A DNA stretch of 64,000 bases from an uncultured Clostridia bacterium (GTDB taxonomy: Bacteria > Bacillota > Clostridia > TANB77 > CAG-508). The position numbers were made by a program, and so were the translations under genes. This document shows, piece by piece, positions 36,865 to 46,933 of the stretch (the first letter of the stretch is position 1; the number at the start of each line of letters is the position of its first letter). Under the pieces are notes generated by a model. The model ran no database searches. It saw nothing but the letters and a program-made list of their open reading frames with translations, and had not been told where the DNA came from. The stretch lies in NCBI GenBank assembly GCA_934162255.1, contig CAKPIG010000002.1, positions 85,938 through 149,937 of the forward strand, given 5' to 3'.

Positions 36865-38691
36865 ATGACAGATGAAAACAAAGTGCTAGAAGAGAGAGAA
36901 ACAAAAGCACTAGAAAAGAAAGAAAGAGGAGTAGGAAGAAAAAGAAACTATTCAAAAGAAGGAGGAGAAAAGAAAGTAGCAGAAACAACGAAAAAAAGGA
37001 GAACTAGAAAAAAAGAAGATAGTATATTCAAAAAGCCAAATATTAAAATAATCCCATTAGGAGGATTACATGAAATAGGAAAAAACATAACAGTATTTGA
37101 ATATGAAGATGAAATAATAGTTGTTGACTGTGGACTATCATTCCCAGAAGATGATATGCTAGGAGTTGATTTAGTAATTCCTGATATAACATATTTAGTA
37201 AAAAATCAAGAAAAAGTAAAAGGATTAGTAATAACTCATGGACATGAAGACCATATAGGAGGAATACCATATTTCCTAAAACAATTAAATGTACCTGTAT
37301 ATGCAACAAGACTTGCAGCAGGGTTAATTAATAATAAATTAGAAGAACATAAAATTCTAAGAAGTACAGAAATGCATATTGTAAATCAAGGAGATACAAT
37401 AAAGTTAGGAAAACACTTCAAAGTAGAGTTCATAAGAAGTTCTCATAGTATTCCTGATTCTGTAATGTTAGCAATAACAACACCAGCAGGAACAATATTA
37501 CACACAGGAGATTTTAAAGTAGATTATACTCCAATAGATGGTCAATTAATGGACTTAGGTAGAATTGCAGAACTTGGAAAAAATGGAATATTAGCATTAA
37601 TGTCAGATAGTACAAATGCAGAAAGAAAAGGATTTACATTATCAGAAAGTTCTGTAGGAGATGTATTAGATAAGTGTTTCCAAAATTGTACTAAAAGAAT
37701 AGTTGTAGCTACATTTGCTTCAAATGTACATAGAATACAACAAATAGTAAATTCAGCAATTAAATATAATAGAAAAATTGCAGTATGTGGAAGAAGTATG
37801 ATAAATATTATATCAACTGCAAGAGAACTTGGATATATAAAATGTCCAGATGATATTTTTATAGATATAGATATGATAGGAAGCTATACTGATGAACATT
37901 TAGTAATAATAACAACAGGAAGCCAAGGGGAACCAATGTCAGCTTTAACAAGAATGGCGGCAGGAGATCATAGAAAAGTAAAAATTACACCAAATGATTT
38001 AATTATAATATCAGCAACACCAATACCAGGAAATGAAAAATATGTTTCAAAAGTAATTGATGATTTAATGCAATTAGGAGCTGAAGTTGTATATAGTGCA
38101 TTAGCAGATGTTCACGTATCAGGGCATGCTTGCCAAGAGGAACAAAAATTAATTTTAGCATTAACAAAACCAAAATATTTTATACCAGTTCATGGTGAAT
38201 ATAGACAATTAAGAGCACATAGTGAAACAGCACAAGACATGGGAATAAGTAAAGATAATATCTTTATGCTAACAAATGGTAGAGTATTAGAAATAGGAGA
38301 AAATGAAGCTAAATTTAATGGCTCAGTACCAAGTGGAAGAATTCTAGTAGATGGATTAGGTGTAGGAGATGTTGGAAATATTGTATTAAGAGATAGACAA
38401 CATTTGGCACAAGACGGATTAATAATAATAGTATTAACAATGGATTCAAATACAGGTGAAGTAGTTGCAGGTCCTGATGTAATATCAAGAGGATTTGTAT
38501 ATGTAAGAGAATCTGAGAATTTAATGGATGAAGTTAAAAGTGTAGTAAGACATGAAATTTCTAAATGTGAAGAAAGAGGAGTTCGTGATTGGGCAACAAT
38601 AAAATCTACAGTTAAAGAAAACTTAAGAGATTATATATTTATAAAAACAAAAAGAAACCCAATGATAATACCAATAATAATGGAGGTTTAA
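36865..38691 (+). CDS. rnj: ribonuclease J, with a Lys/Glu-rich N-terminal extension
   Basis: 608 aa. Metallo-beta-lactamase motif HGHEDHIGG, beta-CASP region and C-terminal domain. About 50 aa of charged low-complexity sequence precede the IIPLGGL.EIGKN start of the fold. Confidence 0.93.
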   Translation: MTDENKVLEERETKALEKKERGVGRKRNYSKEGGEKKVAETTKKRRTRKKEDSIFKKPNIKIIPLGGLHEIGKNITVFEYEDEIIVVDCGLSFPEDDMLGVDLVIPDITYLVKNQEKVKGLVITHGHEDHIGGIPYFLKQLNVPVYATRLAAGLINNKLEEHKILRSTEMHIVNQGDTIKLGKHFKVEFIRSSHSIPDSVMLAITTPAGTILHTGDFKVDYTPIDGQLMDLGRIAELGKNGILALMSDSTNAERKGFTLSESSVGDVLDKCFQNCTKRIVVATFASNVHRIQQIVNSAIKYNRKIAVCGRSMINIISTARELGYIKCPDDIFIDIDMIGSYTDEHLVIITTGSQGEPMSALTRMAAGDHRKVKITPNDLIIISATPIPGNEKYVSKVIDDLMQLGAEVVYSALADVHVSGHACQEEQKLILALTKPKYFIPVHGEYRQLRAHSETAQDMGISKDNIFMLTNGRVLEIGENEAKFNGSVPSGRILVDGLGVGDVGNIVLRDRQHLAQDGLIIIVLTMDSNTGEVVAGPDVISRGFVYVRESENLMDEVKSVVRHEISKCEERGVRDWATIKSTVKENLRDYIFIKTKRNPMIIPIIMEV

Positions 38692-38692
38692 A

Positions 38693-40354
38693 ATGGATTA
38701 TAAAGATTTAGCAGATTTAATCTTTCCAGATGCGAAAGATATATCATATTATGAAGAAAAATATCCTGAAAGGGATTTACCAGAAGGAGCAATTGTAACA
38801 AGATTTGCTCCTAGTCCTACAGGATTTGTACATATAGGAGGTCTATACCAAGCATTAGTTGCAAGAACAGTTGCAAATAAAACCAAAGGAGTATTTTTCT
38901 TAAGAATAGAGGATACAGACCAAAAAAGAGAAGTTGAAAATGGAGTAACTGGAATTGTAAATTCATTAATTGATTTTGATATGAAACCAGATGAAGGAAT
39001 GATATCAGATAAAGAAGAAATAGGAAATTATGGACCATATAAACAATCTTTAAGAAGAGAAATTTATCAAGCATATGCAAAATACTTGATTGCACAAGGT
39101 AAAGCATACCCTTGTTTTTGTACACCAGAAGATGGTGAAGAATTAAGGAAAAAACAAGAAGCTGCTAAATTAAGACCTGGATATTATGGTGTTTGGGCAA
39201 AGTGCAGAAATATATCAGTTGAAGAAGCAATTCAAAAAATAAAAAATGGAGAACAATATATAATAAGATTTAAATCACCAGGAAGAGAAGATAGAAAAAT
39301 AAAACATAAAGATGTTATAAAAGGAAATGTTGATTTCCCCGAAAATGATTTAGATATAGTAATAATAAAAGCAGATGGATTACCAACATATCATTTTGCA
39401 CATGCTGTTGATGATCACTTAATGAGAACAACACATGTTATTAGAAGTGATGAATGGTTATCATCAGTTCCACTTCATTTACAATTATTCCACGAATTAG
39501 GATTTAAAGCTCCTAAATTTGCACATATTTCACCAATTATGAAGAATGATAATGGTGGAAAACGTAAATTGAGCAAGAGAAAAGACCCTGAAGCAGCGGT
39601 AGATTACTATAAAAAAGAGGGAATACCTTCAGAAGCGGTAAAAGAATATTTATTAAATATTGCAAATTCTACTTTTGAAAATTGGAGAAGAGCAAACCCT
39701 GATAAAGATATATCTGAATTTGATTTTCAATTAAATAAAATGAGTGTTAGTGGGGCATTGTTTGATATGGTAAAGTTACTTGATATAAGTAAAACAGTAA
39801 TATCAAAGATGACAGCTCAAGAAGTGTATGAAAGAATTTTAACATGGTCTAAAGATTATGATGAAGAATTAATGAAAATGCTAGAAGATAAAGATTATGC
39901 TTTAAAAGTATTAGGAATTGAAAGAGGAAATAAAAAGCCAAGAAAAGATATTTCAAAATGGTCTGATGCTAAAGAAAATATTGAATATATGTATGATGAG
40001 AAATTTTTTGCTAAAACACAAGAATATCCATATCAACCAGCAATTTCAGATAAAGAAGATATTTCTAAAATATTAGATTTATATATTGAAAAATATTATG
40101 ATGTATCTGATGATAAACAAGCTTGGTTTGATAAAATCAAAGCATTATCTGTAGAAATGGGATATGCAGGAGAAGTTAAAGAATTTAAAGCAAATCCAGG
40201 TATGTATAAGGCTCATGTTGGAGATGTTAGTACAGTTTTAAGAGTTGCATTAACTTCAAGAACCAATACACCTGATATGTATGAAATTATGCAGGTTCTT
40301 GGAAAAGAAAGAATTGCTAAACGTTTTGAAATTGCTAAGGAAAATTTAAAGTAA
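38693..40354 (+). CDS. gltX: glutamate--tRNA ligase (long form)
   Basis: 553 aa. RFAPSPTGFVHIGG (HIGH-type motif) and KLSKRK (KMSKS). Confidence 0.93.
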   Translation: MDYKDLADLIFPDAKDISYYEEKYPERDLPEGAIVTRFAPSPTGFVHIGGLYQALVARTVANKTKGVFFLRIEDTDQKREVENGVTGIVNSLIDFDMKPDEGMISDKEEIGNYGPYKQSLRREIYQAYAKYLIAQGKAYPCFCTPEDGEELRKKQEAAKLRPGYYGVWAKCRNISVEEAIQKIKNGEQYIIRFKSPGREDRKIKHKDVIKGNVDFPENDLDIVIIKADGLPTYHFAHAVDDHLMRTTHVIRSDEWLSSVPLHLQLFHELGFKAPKFAHISPIMKNDNGGKRKLSKRKDPEAAVDYYKKEGIPSEAVKEYLLNIANSTFENWRRANPDKDISEFDFQLNKMSVSGALFDMVKLLDISKTVISKMTAQEVYERILTWSKDYDEELMKMLEDKDYALKVLGIERGNKKPRKDISKWSDAKENIEYMYDEKFFAKTQEYPYQPAISDKEDISKILDLYIEKYYDVSDDKQAWFDKIKALSVEMGYAGEVKEFKANPGMYKAHVGDVSTVLRVALTSRTNTPDMYEIMQVLGKERIAKRFEIAKENLK

Positions 40355-40378
40355 TAAAAAATAAAGGAGGAACTCAAT

Positions 40379-40561
40379 ATGGAATACAATGTTGGAGATA
40401 TAGTTAGAACCAAAAAACAACATCCATGTGGAAGTAAATTATGGGAGATAACTAGAGTTGGTGTTGATTTTAAGTTAAAATGCCAAGGTTGTGGACATAT
40501 TGTAGTTCTTGAAAGGCCTAAGGCATTAAAGGCAATAACTAAAATAGAAAAAAAATCATAA
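40379..40561 (+). CDS. DUF951 family protein
   Basis: 60 aa. VGDIVR.KK.HPCGS..WEI.R.G.D...KC..CGH.V matches DUF951. Confidence 0.8.
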   Translation: MEYNVGDIVRTKKQHPCGSKLWEITRVGVDFKLKCQGCGHIVVLERPKALKAITKIEKKS

Positions 40562-40573
40562 TAGAAAAATAAT

Positions 40574-40606
40574 AAAGAAGGTGTCTATCTATGGCACCTT
40601 CTTTTA
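40574..40606. terminator. bidirectional terminator between the DUF951 gene and engB
   Basis: Hairpin aaagaaggtg...caccttcttt with T/A runs on both sides. Confidence 0.7.
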
Positions 40607-40613
40607 TAAAAAC

Positions 40614-41201
40614 TTAAATATAATTTTCTATTATTTTCCAAACATCTTCACTATAAATTTTTCTTTCTGAAGAAAATGGAAGAGTAGGAATATCACCGAT
40701 TGGATTTAATTGCTTTTGAATAGCAAGTGTTGCATCTAATACTTTTGTTTTTGCAATTTTATCTGCTTTATTTGCGATTATTACACAAGGCAAGCCACTT
40801 CTAATGACATAATCATACATTAAAAAATCATTTGAAGATGGATTATGCCTAATATCAACTAGGAATATTATTAATGAAATTTCTTGTCTATGTTTTAAAT
40901 AATATTCAATAAAATCTCCAACTTTGGACTGTTCTTGTTTTGACATTTTACTGTAACCATATCCAGGAAGGTCAACAAAGTAAAAATTATTATCAATATT
41001 ATAAAAGTTTAATTGTCGAGTTTTTCCTGGTTCACTGCTTGTGCGAGCTAGTTTTTTTCTATTAATCATAGTATTTATAAAACTTGATTTTCCAACATTA
41101 GATTTACCAACTAAAACAATCTCAGGAAGACCTGATTTTGGATATTGTTTTTCACTAACTGCTGAAATTTCAAATTGAGGATTTTTTACTATCATAAACA
41201 A
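40614..41201 (-). CDS. engB: ribosome biogenesis GTP-binding protein YihA/YsxC (EngB)
   Basis: 195 aa. G1 GKSNVGKSS, G3 DLPGYG and G4 NKADK. Confidence 0.92.
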   Translation of the reverse strand: MFMIVKNPQFEISAVSEKQYPKSGLPEIVLVGKSNVGKSSFINTMINRKKLARTSSEPGKTRQLNFYNIDNNFYFVDLPGYGYSKMSKQEQSKVGDFIEYYLKHRQEISLIIFLVDIRHNPSSNDFLMYDYVIRSGLPCVIIANKADKIAKTKVLDATLAIQKQLNPIGDIPTLPFSSERKIYSEDVWKIIENYI

Positions 41202-42004
41202 ATCTCCTTATTTAAATCATTTTCTAAATATAAATCAATTAAATTACTAATATTTTTTGAATTTCTAGATAATGTGTCAGAAATGGTTCTTAAATCTGCA
41301 TTTTCTGGATCTCTTATAAGAGGAGTAAGAACAGATATAGAAGAATTACACATATCTTTGAAAATTAATAAGTTTGAATAATTTTGATATAGATTTTCTT
41401 TGTCTAATTTACCACTAACTATATAATTGTTTATTATTTCCAAAAGTTCATCTATAAGAGAGCTTGCAACTATATATCTTGAGCCTAAATTGTATTGTAT
41501 ATAAGATGATTTAAAGTTATTAAACAAATTATTACCATTGTTATCAAATGTCTTCATGTAATTATAGACTAATACTTTAGAACTATTAAATACACGACTA
41601 TCAAATTTATACTCTCTATAAGCACCTATAATTGGATTTTTCGAGCTTTTTATAGGTTGAGGATTCAAAAATAATTCATTGTATTTTTCATAATCTGTAT
41701 AAAGTACGCTAAAAAAATTATTATCCTGTGTTTTACTTGATGAAAAAATACCATAATCAGAAAAAATCTGAAAAAATTCATCACCATTTTCATCAAATGT
41801 ACATTCACATAAAAGTAAATATCTATCAGCGCCTAAGTTTTTATACAAAGTCATATTTCCGGAACTAAAACTATAATCTAAAACAAGGGAAGAATTTTCT
41901 GTTTCAAATAATTCACTGTCTTGATCATTTCCGAGTGAATAGACATAATCTTTATCAGTAATTAAAAAATCACAATTTTCATTTTCTAAATTCATGTTCA
42001 ACAT
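41192..42004 (-). CDS. hypothetical protein, translationally coupled to engB
   Basis: 270 aa, Asn/Ser/Tyr-rich. Its stop overlaps the engB start by 10 nt. No family recognised. Confidence 0.55.
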   Translation of the reverse strand: MLNMNLENENCDFLITDKDYVYSLGNDQDSELFETENSSLVLDYSFSSGNMTLYKNLGADRYLLLCECTFDENGDEFFQIFSDYGIFSSSKTQDNNFFSVLYTDYEKYNELFLNPQPIKSSKNPIIGAYREYKFDSRVFNSSKVLVYNYMKTFDNNGNNLFNNFKSSYIQYNLGSRYIVASSLIDELLEIINNYIVSGKLDKENLYQNYSNLLIFKDMCNSSISVLTPLIRDPENADLRTISDTLSRNSKNISNLIDLYLENDLNKEICL

Positions 42005-42016
42005 CCTTTTTATTTA

Positions 42017-43303
42017 TTATTTTTTTGGAAGAATTTTTTCTGTTCCACCCATATAAGGTCTTAGAACTTCAGGGATAGTGACACTTCCATCTTCATTATA
42101 ATTATTTTCAAGAACTGCTATTAGACCTCTTGGAGTAGCAACGACAGTATTATTAAGTGTATGTAGAAAATAATTTCCTTTTTCTCCTTTAGCACGAATT
42201 CCTAATCTTCTTGCTTGTGCATCTCCTAGAGTAGAACAACTGCAAACTTCAAAATATTTTTGTTGTCTTGGACTCCAAGCTTCAATATCACAAGATTTTA
42301 CTTTTAAGTCTGCTAAATCACCAGTACAACAATCAAGTTGTCTTACAGGAACATTAAAGTTCCTAAATAATTGAATACTTAAATTTTTCATTTTATCATA
42401 CCAAGCCATAGAATCTTCTGGTTCGCAAATTACTATCATTTCTTGTTTTTCGAATTGATGAACTCTGTATAGGCCTCTTTCTTCTAGCCCATGTGAACCT
42501 ATTTCTTTTCTAAAACAAGGAGAATATGAAGTCATGTTAATAGGTAAATCTTCTTTTTTTATTATTTGATCTTTAAATCTTCCTATCATTGAATGCTCAG
42601 AAGTACCAATTAGAAATAGATCTTCACCTTCTATTTTATACATCATGGCATCCATTTCTTCAAAACTCATAACTCCAGTTACAACATCACTTCTAATCAT
42701 AAATGGAGGAATACAATATGTAAATCCATTATTTATCATGTAATCTCTAGCATAGGCAAGCATTGCTTCATGTAAACGAGCAATATCACCAATTAAATAA
42801 TAGAAACCAACTCCACTTGTTCTACCAGCACTTTCTTTATCTAATCCATTAAATCTTGCAATTATATCTGCATGATGAGGAATTTCATAGTTAGGAATAA
42901 TAGGGTCTCCAAATCTTTCAACTTCGACATTTTCACTATCATCTTTTCCTACAGGTACTGATGGATCAACTATATTTGGTATCTTCATCATTCTTTCTTT
43001 TATTTCTTGAGAATATTTTTCTTCTAAGTCTTCATTTTCAGAAAGAGCATCATTTATTTTTTGAACTTCTTGCCTTATGCTTTCAGCTTCATCTTTTTTT
43101 CCAGATTTCATTAACATACCAATTTGTTCACTTAATCTTTTTCTATCTGCTCTTAAATTATCTCCATTTAATTTTGCTTCTCTATTCTTTTTATCTAATT
43201 CCAAAACTTCATCAACTAAAATTAATTTGTGGTCTTGAAATTTTTTCTTGATATTTTCTTTTACCATTTCTGGATTTTCTCTAATTAATTTAATATCAAT
43301 CAT
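42017..43303 (-). CDS. serS: serine--tRNA ligase
   Basis: Start set at the ATG at 43303 (RBS aaaggaga), giving MIDIKLIRENPE..., the conserved SerRS N-terminus. Class II motifs are present (FRKE.G..G...RGL.RVHQF.K.E, TLNNT). Confidence 0.95.
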   Translation of the reverse strand: MIDIKLIRENPEMVKENIKKKFQDHKLILVDEVLELDKKNREAKLNGDNLRADRKRLSEQIGMLMKSGKKDEAESIRQEVQKINDALSENEDLEEKYSQEIKERMMKIPNIVDPSVPVGKDDSENVEVERFGDPIIPNYEIPHHADIIARFNGLDKESAGRTSGVGFYYLIGDIARLHEAMLAYARDYMINNGFTYCIPPFMIRSDVVTGVMSFEEMDAMMYKIEGEDLFLIGTSEHSMIGRFKDQIIKKEDLPINMTSYSPCFRKEIGSHGLEERGLYRVHQFEKQEMIVICEPEDSMAWYDKMKNLSIQLFRNFNVPVRQLDCCTGDLADLKVKSCDIEAWSPRQQKYFEVCSCSTLGDAQARRLGIRAKGEKGNYFLHTLNNTVVATPRGLIAVLENNYNEDGSVTIPEVLRPYMGGTEKILPKK

Positions 43304-43430
43304 AATGATTCTCCTTTCGTATATCCAATGCAAATATTATATAACAAAAAACTTGAAATATCAATATTTTATGGATAATTTTAGCTTTTGCCGCATACAA
43401 TAGTATCAAATTATGTAAAAGGAGAAAAAT

Positions 43431-43697
43431 ATGCAAGAGGAATATTTGTTAGAAAAAATGATAAAGGGAAAAACTGATGAGCAAAAAAAGGAAGAGCTTA
43501 TAAGAACAATTATAGAGACAAAAGAAAAGCTTAAGAATGCAATTTTGAATTTCGAATTTGCAGAAGATGACTTAATAGATTATTATACGTATCAAATAAA
43601 AGCTAATCAAGCTAAACTAGATTATTTAATAAAAACTGCAAAACATAACGGGATAATTGTAACCAGATTTTATAAGAAAAAAGATATGGCGGTTTAG
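43431..43697 (+). CDS. YaaL family protein (DUF2508)
   Basis: 88 aa. F.FAEDDLIDYYTYQIKA..AK.DYL matches DUF2508. It has the usual position upstream of bofA. Confidence 0.7.
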   Translation: MQEEYLLEKMIKGKTDEQKKEELIRTIIETKEKLKNAILNFEFAEDDLIDYYTYQIKANQAKLDYLIKTAKHNGIIVTRFYKKKDMAV

Positions 43698-43719
43698 TGA
43701 TAACCAATGAGGTGATTTA

Positions 43720-43978
43720 ATGAACATAAGTATACTTATATTTATATCATGTATATGCTTAATATTTGTGCTAGGAAAGGTCTTTATAGTGCCTATTAAA
43801 TGGATTATTAAACTAATAATAAATTCAATTATTGGTGGACTTTTGATATTTTTAATAAATTTTGTGGGGAAGATGTGGGCATTTCACATTGGATTAAATA
43901 TTTGGACTGCAATAATTGTACGGAATTCTTGGAATTCCTGGAGCAGTATTTTTAGTGATACTTAAATTAATAATATAA
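43720..43978 (+). pseudogene. bofA: bofA (pro-sigma-K processing inhibitor) with an apparent 1-nt frameshift near the 3' end
   Basis: The annotated frame ends ...IWTAIIVRNSWNSWSSIFSDT*. From 43922 the +1 frame reads GILGIPGAVFLVILKLII*, which is the conserved BofA C-terminal helix. One extra base near 43921 (gta-c-gga) separates the two parts. Confidence 0.65.
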
Positions 43979-44010
43979 AGACAGAGGCTATTGGTAAGCC
44001 TCTGTCTTTG
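43978..44010. terminator. intrinsic terminator after bofA
   Basis: 13-bp perfect stem aaagacagaggct...agcctctgtcttt. Confidence 0.75.
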
Positions 44011-44029
44011 AGGAGAGCCCTCAGATTAA

Positions 44030-44317
44030 TCACGAATCCAAACGATTAAACTCGATCAGAGCTTGGATTCTTTTCATAGCTTTATCTGTGATGTACAATA
44101 CATGTACATCTTTATTGATAAAAGCCTTCCTCAAAAAAAAGTTTTCGAATTCGCTTGGATACTTCAACAATGGAGATATAAAGTATCTGAAATTCAAAAA
44201 TGTCACTGTCTGACAGTTATCAGTCCGTTCAAGAATTTTGAACGCATCATCCTCAACAGAGATAATAACTGCAGGGTTTGTAGTAACTTGCCTTTTAGTT
44301 GAAATAATCTTGAACAT
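44030..44317 (-). CDS. hypothetical protein, locally higher G+C than its neighbours
   Basis: 95 aa with a strong RBS (gaggaggac). No family recognised. Composition is visibly less AT-rich than the flanks. Confidence 0.45.
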   Translation of the reverse strand: MFKIISTKRQVTTNPAVIISVEDDAFKILERTDNCQTVTFLNFRYFISPLLKYPSEFENFFLRKAFINKDVHVLYITDKAMKRIQALIEFNRLDS

Positions 44318-44394
44318 ATAGTTGTCCTCCTCAAAAAAGAATAAATATTATGTATAGTACATATTATACTCTTAAATTAGCTAAAAGTCAATAA

Positions 44395-46749
44395 CTACAC
44401 GATTTTATTAAAATTACCATTTGTATAAGAATTTCCTTCAAGCTTTTTACCAGTTTTTACAATGTTAATTATTTTATTAATCTCATTAATATTTTCATCT
44501 AAAATATCTATTCGAACAGAAGAAACATTTAAATCTTTATGTTCAATAGAGGTTATTTTACTATTATAAATAGTAGTAACAGTCTCTATATTGTCAGGAA
44601 TTATTCTAAACAAAAATCCAAGTCTATCTTTTAAATAATATTTATTAGTTGAATTACATAGTTTCTTACAAGTAGGGTAACATTTATTTGATTTTCCAAG
44701 CAAGCAATAGTTTGAATTCATGACAGGGGTGATTCCATAAACAATTAATTCACAAACTTTTTTATTAGAAATTTCCATAATATCATCATGATTAAGTTCA
44801 GGAGATAGAGTTACTTTAGAAACATTTAATTCATCAATTGTTAAATTATTAAAAACGTTAAAAGTATAATTGCAAATAAATTCATGTGAATGAGCATAAT
44901 TTTTTAATAATTCAAAATTACTGATATTTGAAATCACAAAGCCTTTTATATTATAGTTAGCTAATATTTTATCAATAAAAGAGTTTATTAAATTTTTATA
45001 ATTTTTCCTTATAATTGTTGGCATATAAATATATGTTTTAAATCTTGTAGTAAGCAAATTTAATACATTTGAATATTTTGGGTTAGTAAAATATTTAAAT
45101 GGAATATATATATTATCAATATTGTTTAATTTTGAATAATCATAATTAAGATGTATTAAATTTAATAATACTGATATTTGCTTATTGTGTGCAGAAGAAC
45201 TATTAAATGAAGGCGAATATTTTATGTTAGAAGTTCTCTTAAAGTTCTGAATAAGCATATTTTCATATTTTTCTAGAATATTTCTACGAAGTTCATTTAG
45301 ACTTCCTATGCTTGGAATATGCAAGTTTTCATCTAAAGAAATATTAAAATCTTTAAAAGCAAATGGAGTGTTACTAGTTTTAGAAAGTTGAGAAATCAAT
45401 CTTTCTTTTGTTATAGGAGAATTTATTGCAATTGTAGGATAAATATCTGAAATTATGCTTGCAACTAAATTGCCATCTGTAACTTCAATTGAAATAGGAG
45501 AGTCCTTTTTTACATTTAAAATACAACTCAAATTTCTTTTTCGACTTTCTTTGTTCAAAGAATCTAAAGCTGATTGGGATAAGGCTTTGTCAGATATTTT
45601 GTAAATTTTATTTCCAATAAAAATTTTGCCTTTCATTCTACCAATTTTTACTTTATCTCCAGGAACAGCTTGTTTTATATTTTTGTTATTTATCATTAAT
45701 TCAGAAATTGTGTATTTTTCATCTTCAACACTAATTTTATCTCCAATATTTAAAACTTCATTTGTAATAAAAGAAATATAGCCATTTGTTTTATTGAAAT
45801 TGGTTACTTTACCTAGGTATAGTCCCATATTATTTGGCTTTACAGGATATATAAGCTTCTTATTTGGTTCAGTATTTAAATGTCCATTTGAAAAACCACC
45901 ACGATTAAAAACTTGAGCTAAATCTTTTTTGTCTTGTTCATCTATAATATAGTTTTTTCCAGAGATGGCAAGGTCTAAATATTTTCTATAAATACGAGTA
46001 ACAGTAGCAACATATTCAGGAGTTTTCATTCTTCCTTCAATCTTTAAACAATCAATACCGCAATTTACTAATTGAGGCAAATACTCTAAACCACATAAAT
46101 CTTTTGTACTTAAAAGAAAGCCTTTATCAATAAATGAATCATTTTCAAGTAATTCATATGGAAGTCTGCAAGGTTGAGCACATCTACCACGATTTCCAGA
46201 TCTGCCTCCAACCATGCTTGAAAATAAGCATTGACCTGAATATGAGATACATAATGCACCATGAACAAAAGCTTCAACTTCAATAGATGTATTTTTGCAA
46301 ATTTCCTCGATTTCTTTAATATTAAGTTCACGAGAGAGAACAACTCTTGAAAATCCTAGATTTTGTAGTTCAATAGCACCTTCTAAATTATGAACAGTCA
46401 TCTGAGTACTACCATGTATAGGTAAATCAGGAAAGTTTTTTATTAAATATTTTGCTAAACCTAAATCTTGAACAATAATGGCATCAATTCCAAATTCATA
46501 TGCTTTTTTTGCAAGATTTATAGCTTCAGCTAATTCATTATTTTTAATTAGAGTGTTTAAAGTAAGATTTGTTTTAACACCACGAACTTTAGCATAATTG
46601 ATGGCTTTTTCTAATAATTCATCATCAAAATTAGAGGCAAAAGCTCTGGCACTAAACAAACTTGCACCAAAATAAACAGTATCTGCACCATTTTGTACAG
46701 CAGCTTTTAAACATTCAAAATCACCAACAGGTGAAAGTAATTCGATCAT
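44395..46749 (-). CDS. U32 family peptidase (long form with DUF3656-like C-terminal region)
   Basis: 784 aa. N-terminus ELL.P.G....L.AA...GAD.VY.G and the E..VHGALC.SYSGQC...S...GRS.NRG.C.Q.CR signature. Confidence 0.9.
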   Translation of the reverse strand: MIELLSPVGDFECLKAAVQNGADTVYFGASLFSARAFASNFDDELLEKAINYAKVRGVKTNLTLNTLIKNNELAEAINLAKKAYEFGIDAIIVQDLGLAKYLIKNFPDLPIHGSTQMTVHNLEGAIELQNLGFSRVVLSRELNIKEIEEICKNTSIEVEAFVHGALCISYSGQCLFSSMVGGRSGNRGRCAQPCRLPYELLENDSFIDKGFLLSTKDLCGLEYLPQLVNCGIDCLKIEGRMKTPEYVATVTRIYRKYLDLAISGKNYIIDEQDKKDLAQVFNRGGFSNGHLNTEPNKKLIYPVKPNNMGLYLGKVTNFNKTNGYISFITNEVLNIGDKISVEDEKYTISELMINNKNIKQAVPGDKVKIGRMKGKIFIGNKIYKISDKALSQSALDSLNKESRKRNLSCILNVKKDSPISIEVTDGNLVASIISDIYPTIAINSPITKERLISQLSKTSNTPFAFKDFNISLDENLHIPSIGSLNELRRNILEKYENMLIQNFKRTSNIKYSPSFNSSSAHNKQISVLLNLIHLNYDYSKLNNIDNIYIPFKYFTNPKYSNVLNLLTTRFKTYIYMPTIIRKNYKNLINSFIDKILANYNIKGFVISNISNFELLKNYAHSHEFICNYTFNVFNNLTIDELNVSKVTLSPELNHDDIMEISNKKVCELIVYGITPVMNSNYCLLGKSNKCYPTCKKLCNSTNKYYLKDRLGFLFRIIPDNIETVTTIYNSKITSIEHKDLNVSSVRIDILDENINEINKIINIVKTGKKLEGNSYTNGNFNKIV

Positions 46750-46933
46750 AATTTAAATCCTTTCGACATTAATATTTAAATTATAACATAAAATGAAAAA
46801 TAAATCTATTGTAATATAAATGTAATATAAAAATAATTGGCAAAACTTGACTTTAAAAGTAGAAAAATGATATACTTGTATTGAAAAAAATACAACAAAA
46901 TTGAAACGAAATAAACAAAAGAGGTGTAAGAAA

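Noticed and set aside
41175-41381. 68-aa plus-strand ORF overlapping the engB start and the upstream 270-aa gene, and the similar ORF at 44063-44302 antisense to the 95-aa gene.
   Set aside because: Both are antisense shadow ORFs without an RBS. The opposite-strand genes have RBSs and, in the case of engB, unambiguous motifs.
43304-43430. T-box leaders or other riboswitches upstream of the aminoacyl-tRNA ligase genes (serS, proS, gltX) and a c-di-GMP riboswitch upstream of the pilin genes.
   Set aside because: proS and gltX start 16 nt and 2 nt after the preceding genes. The serS upstream region is only about 125 nt, with no specifier/T-box (AGGGUGGNACCGCG-like) sequence. The regions before pilM, the pilins and the 17502 gene are AT-rich, without the GC-rich conserved cores of c-di-GMP-I/II aptamers.
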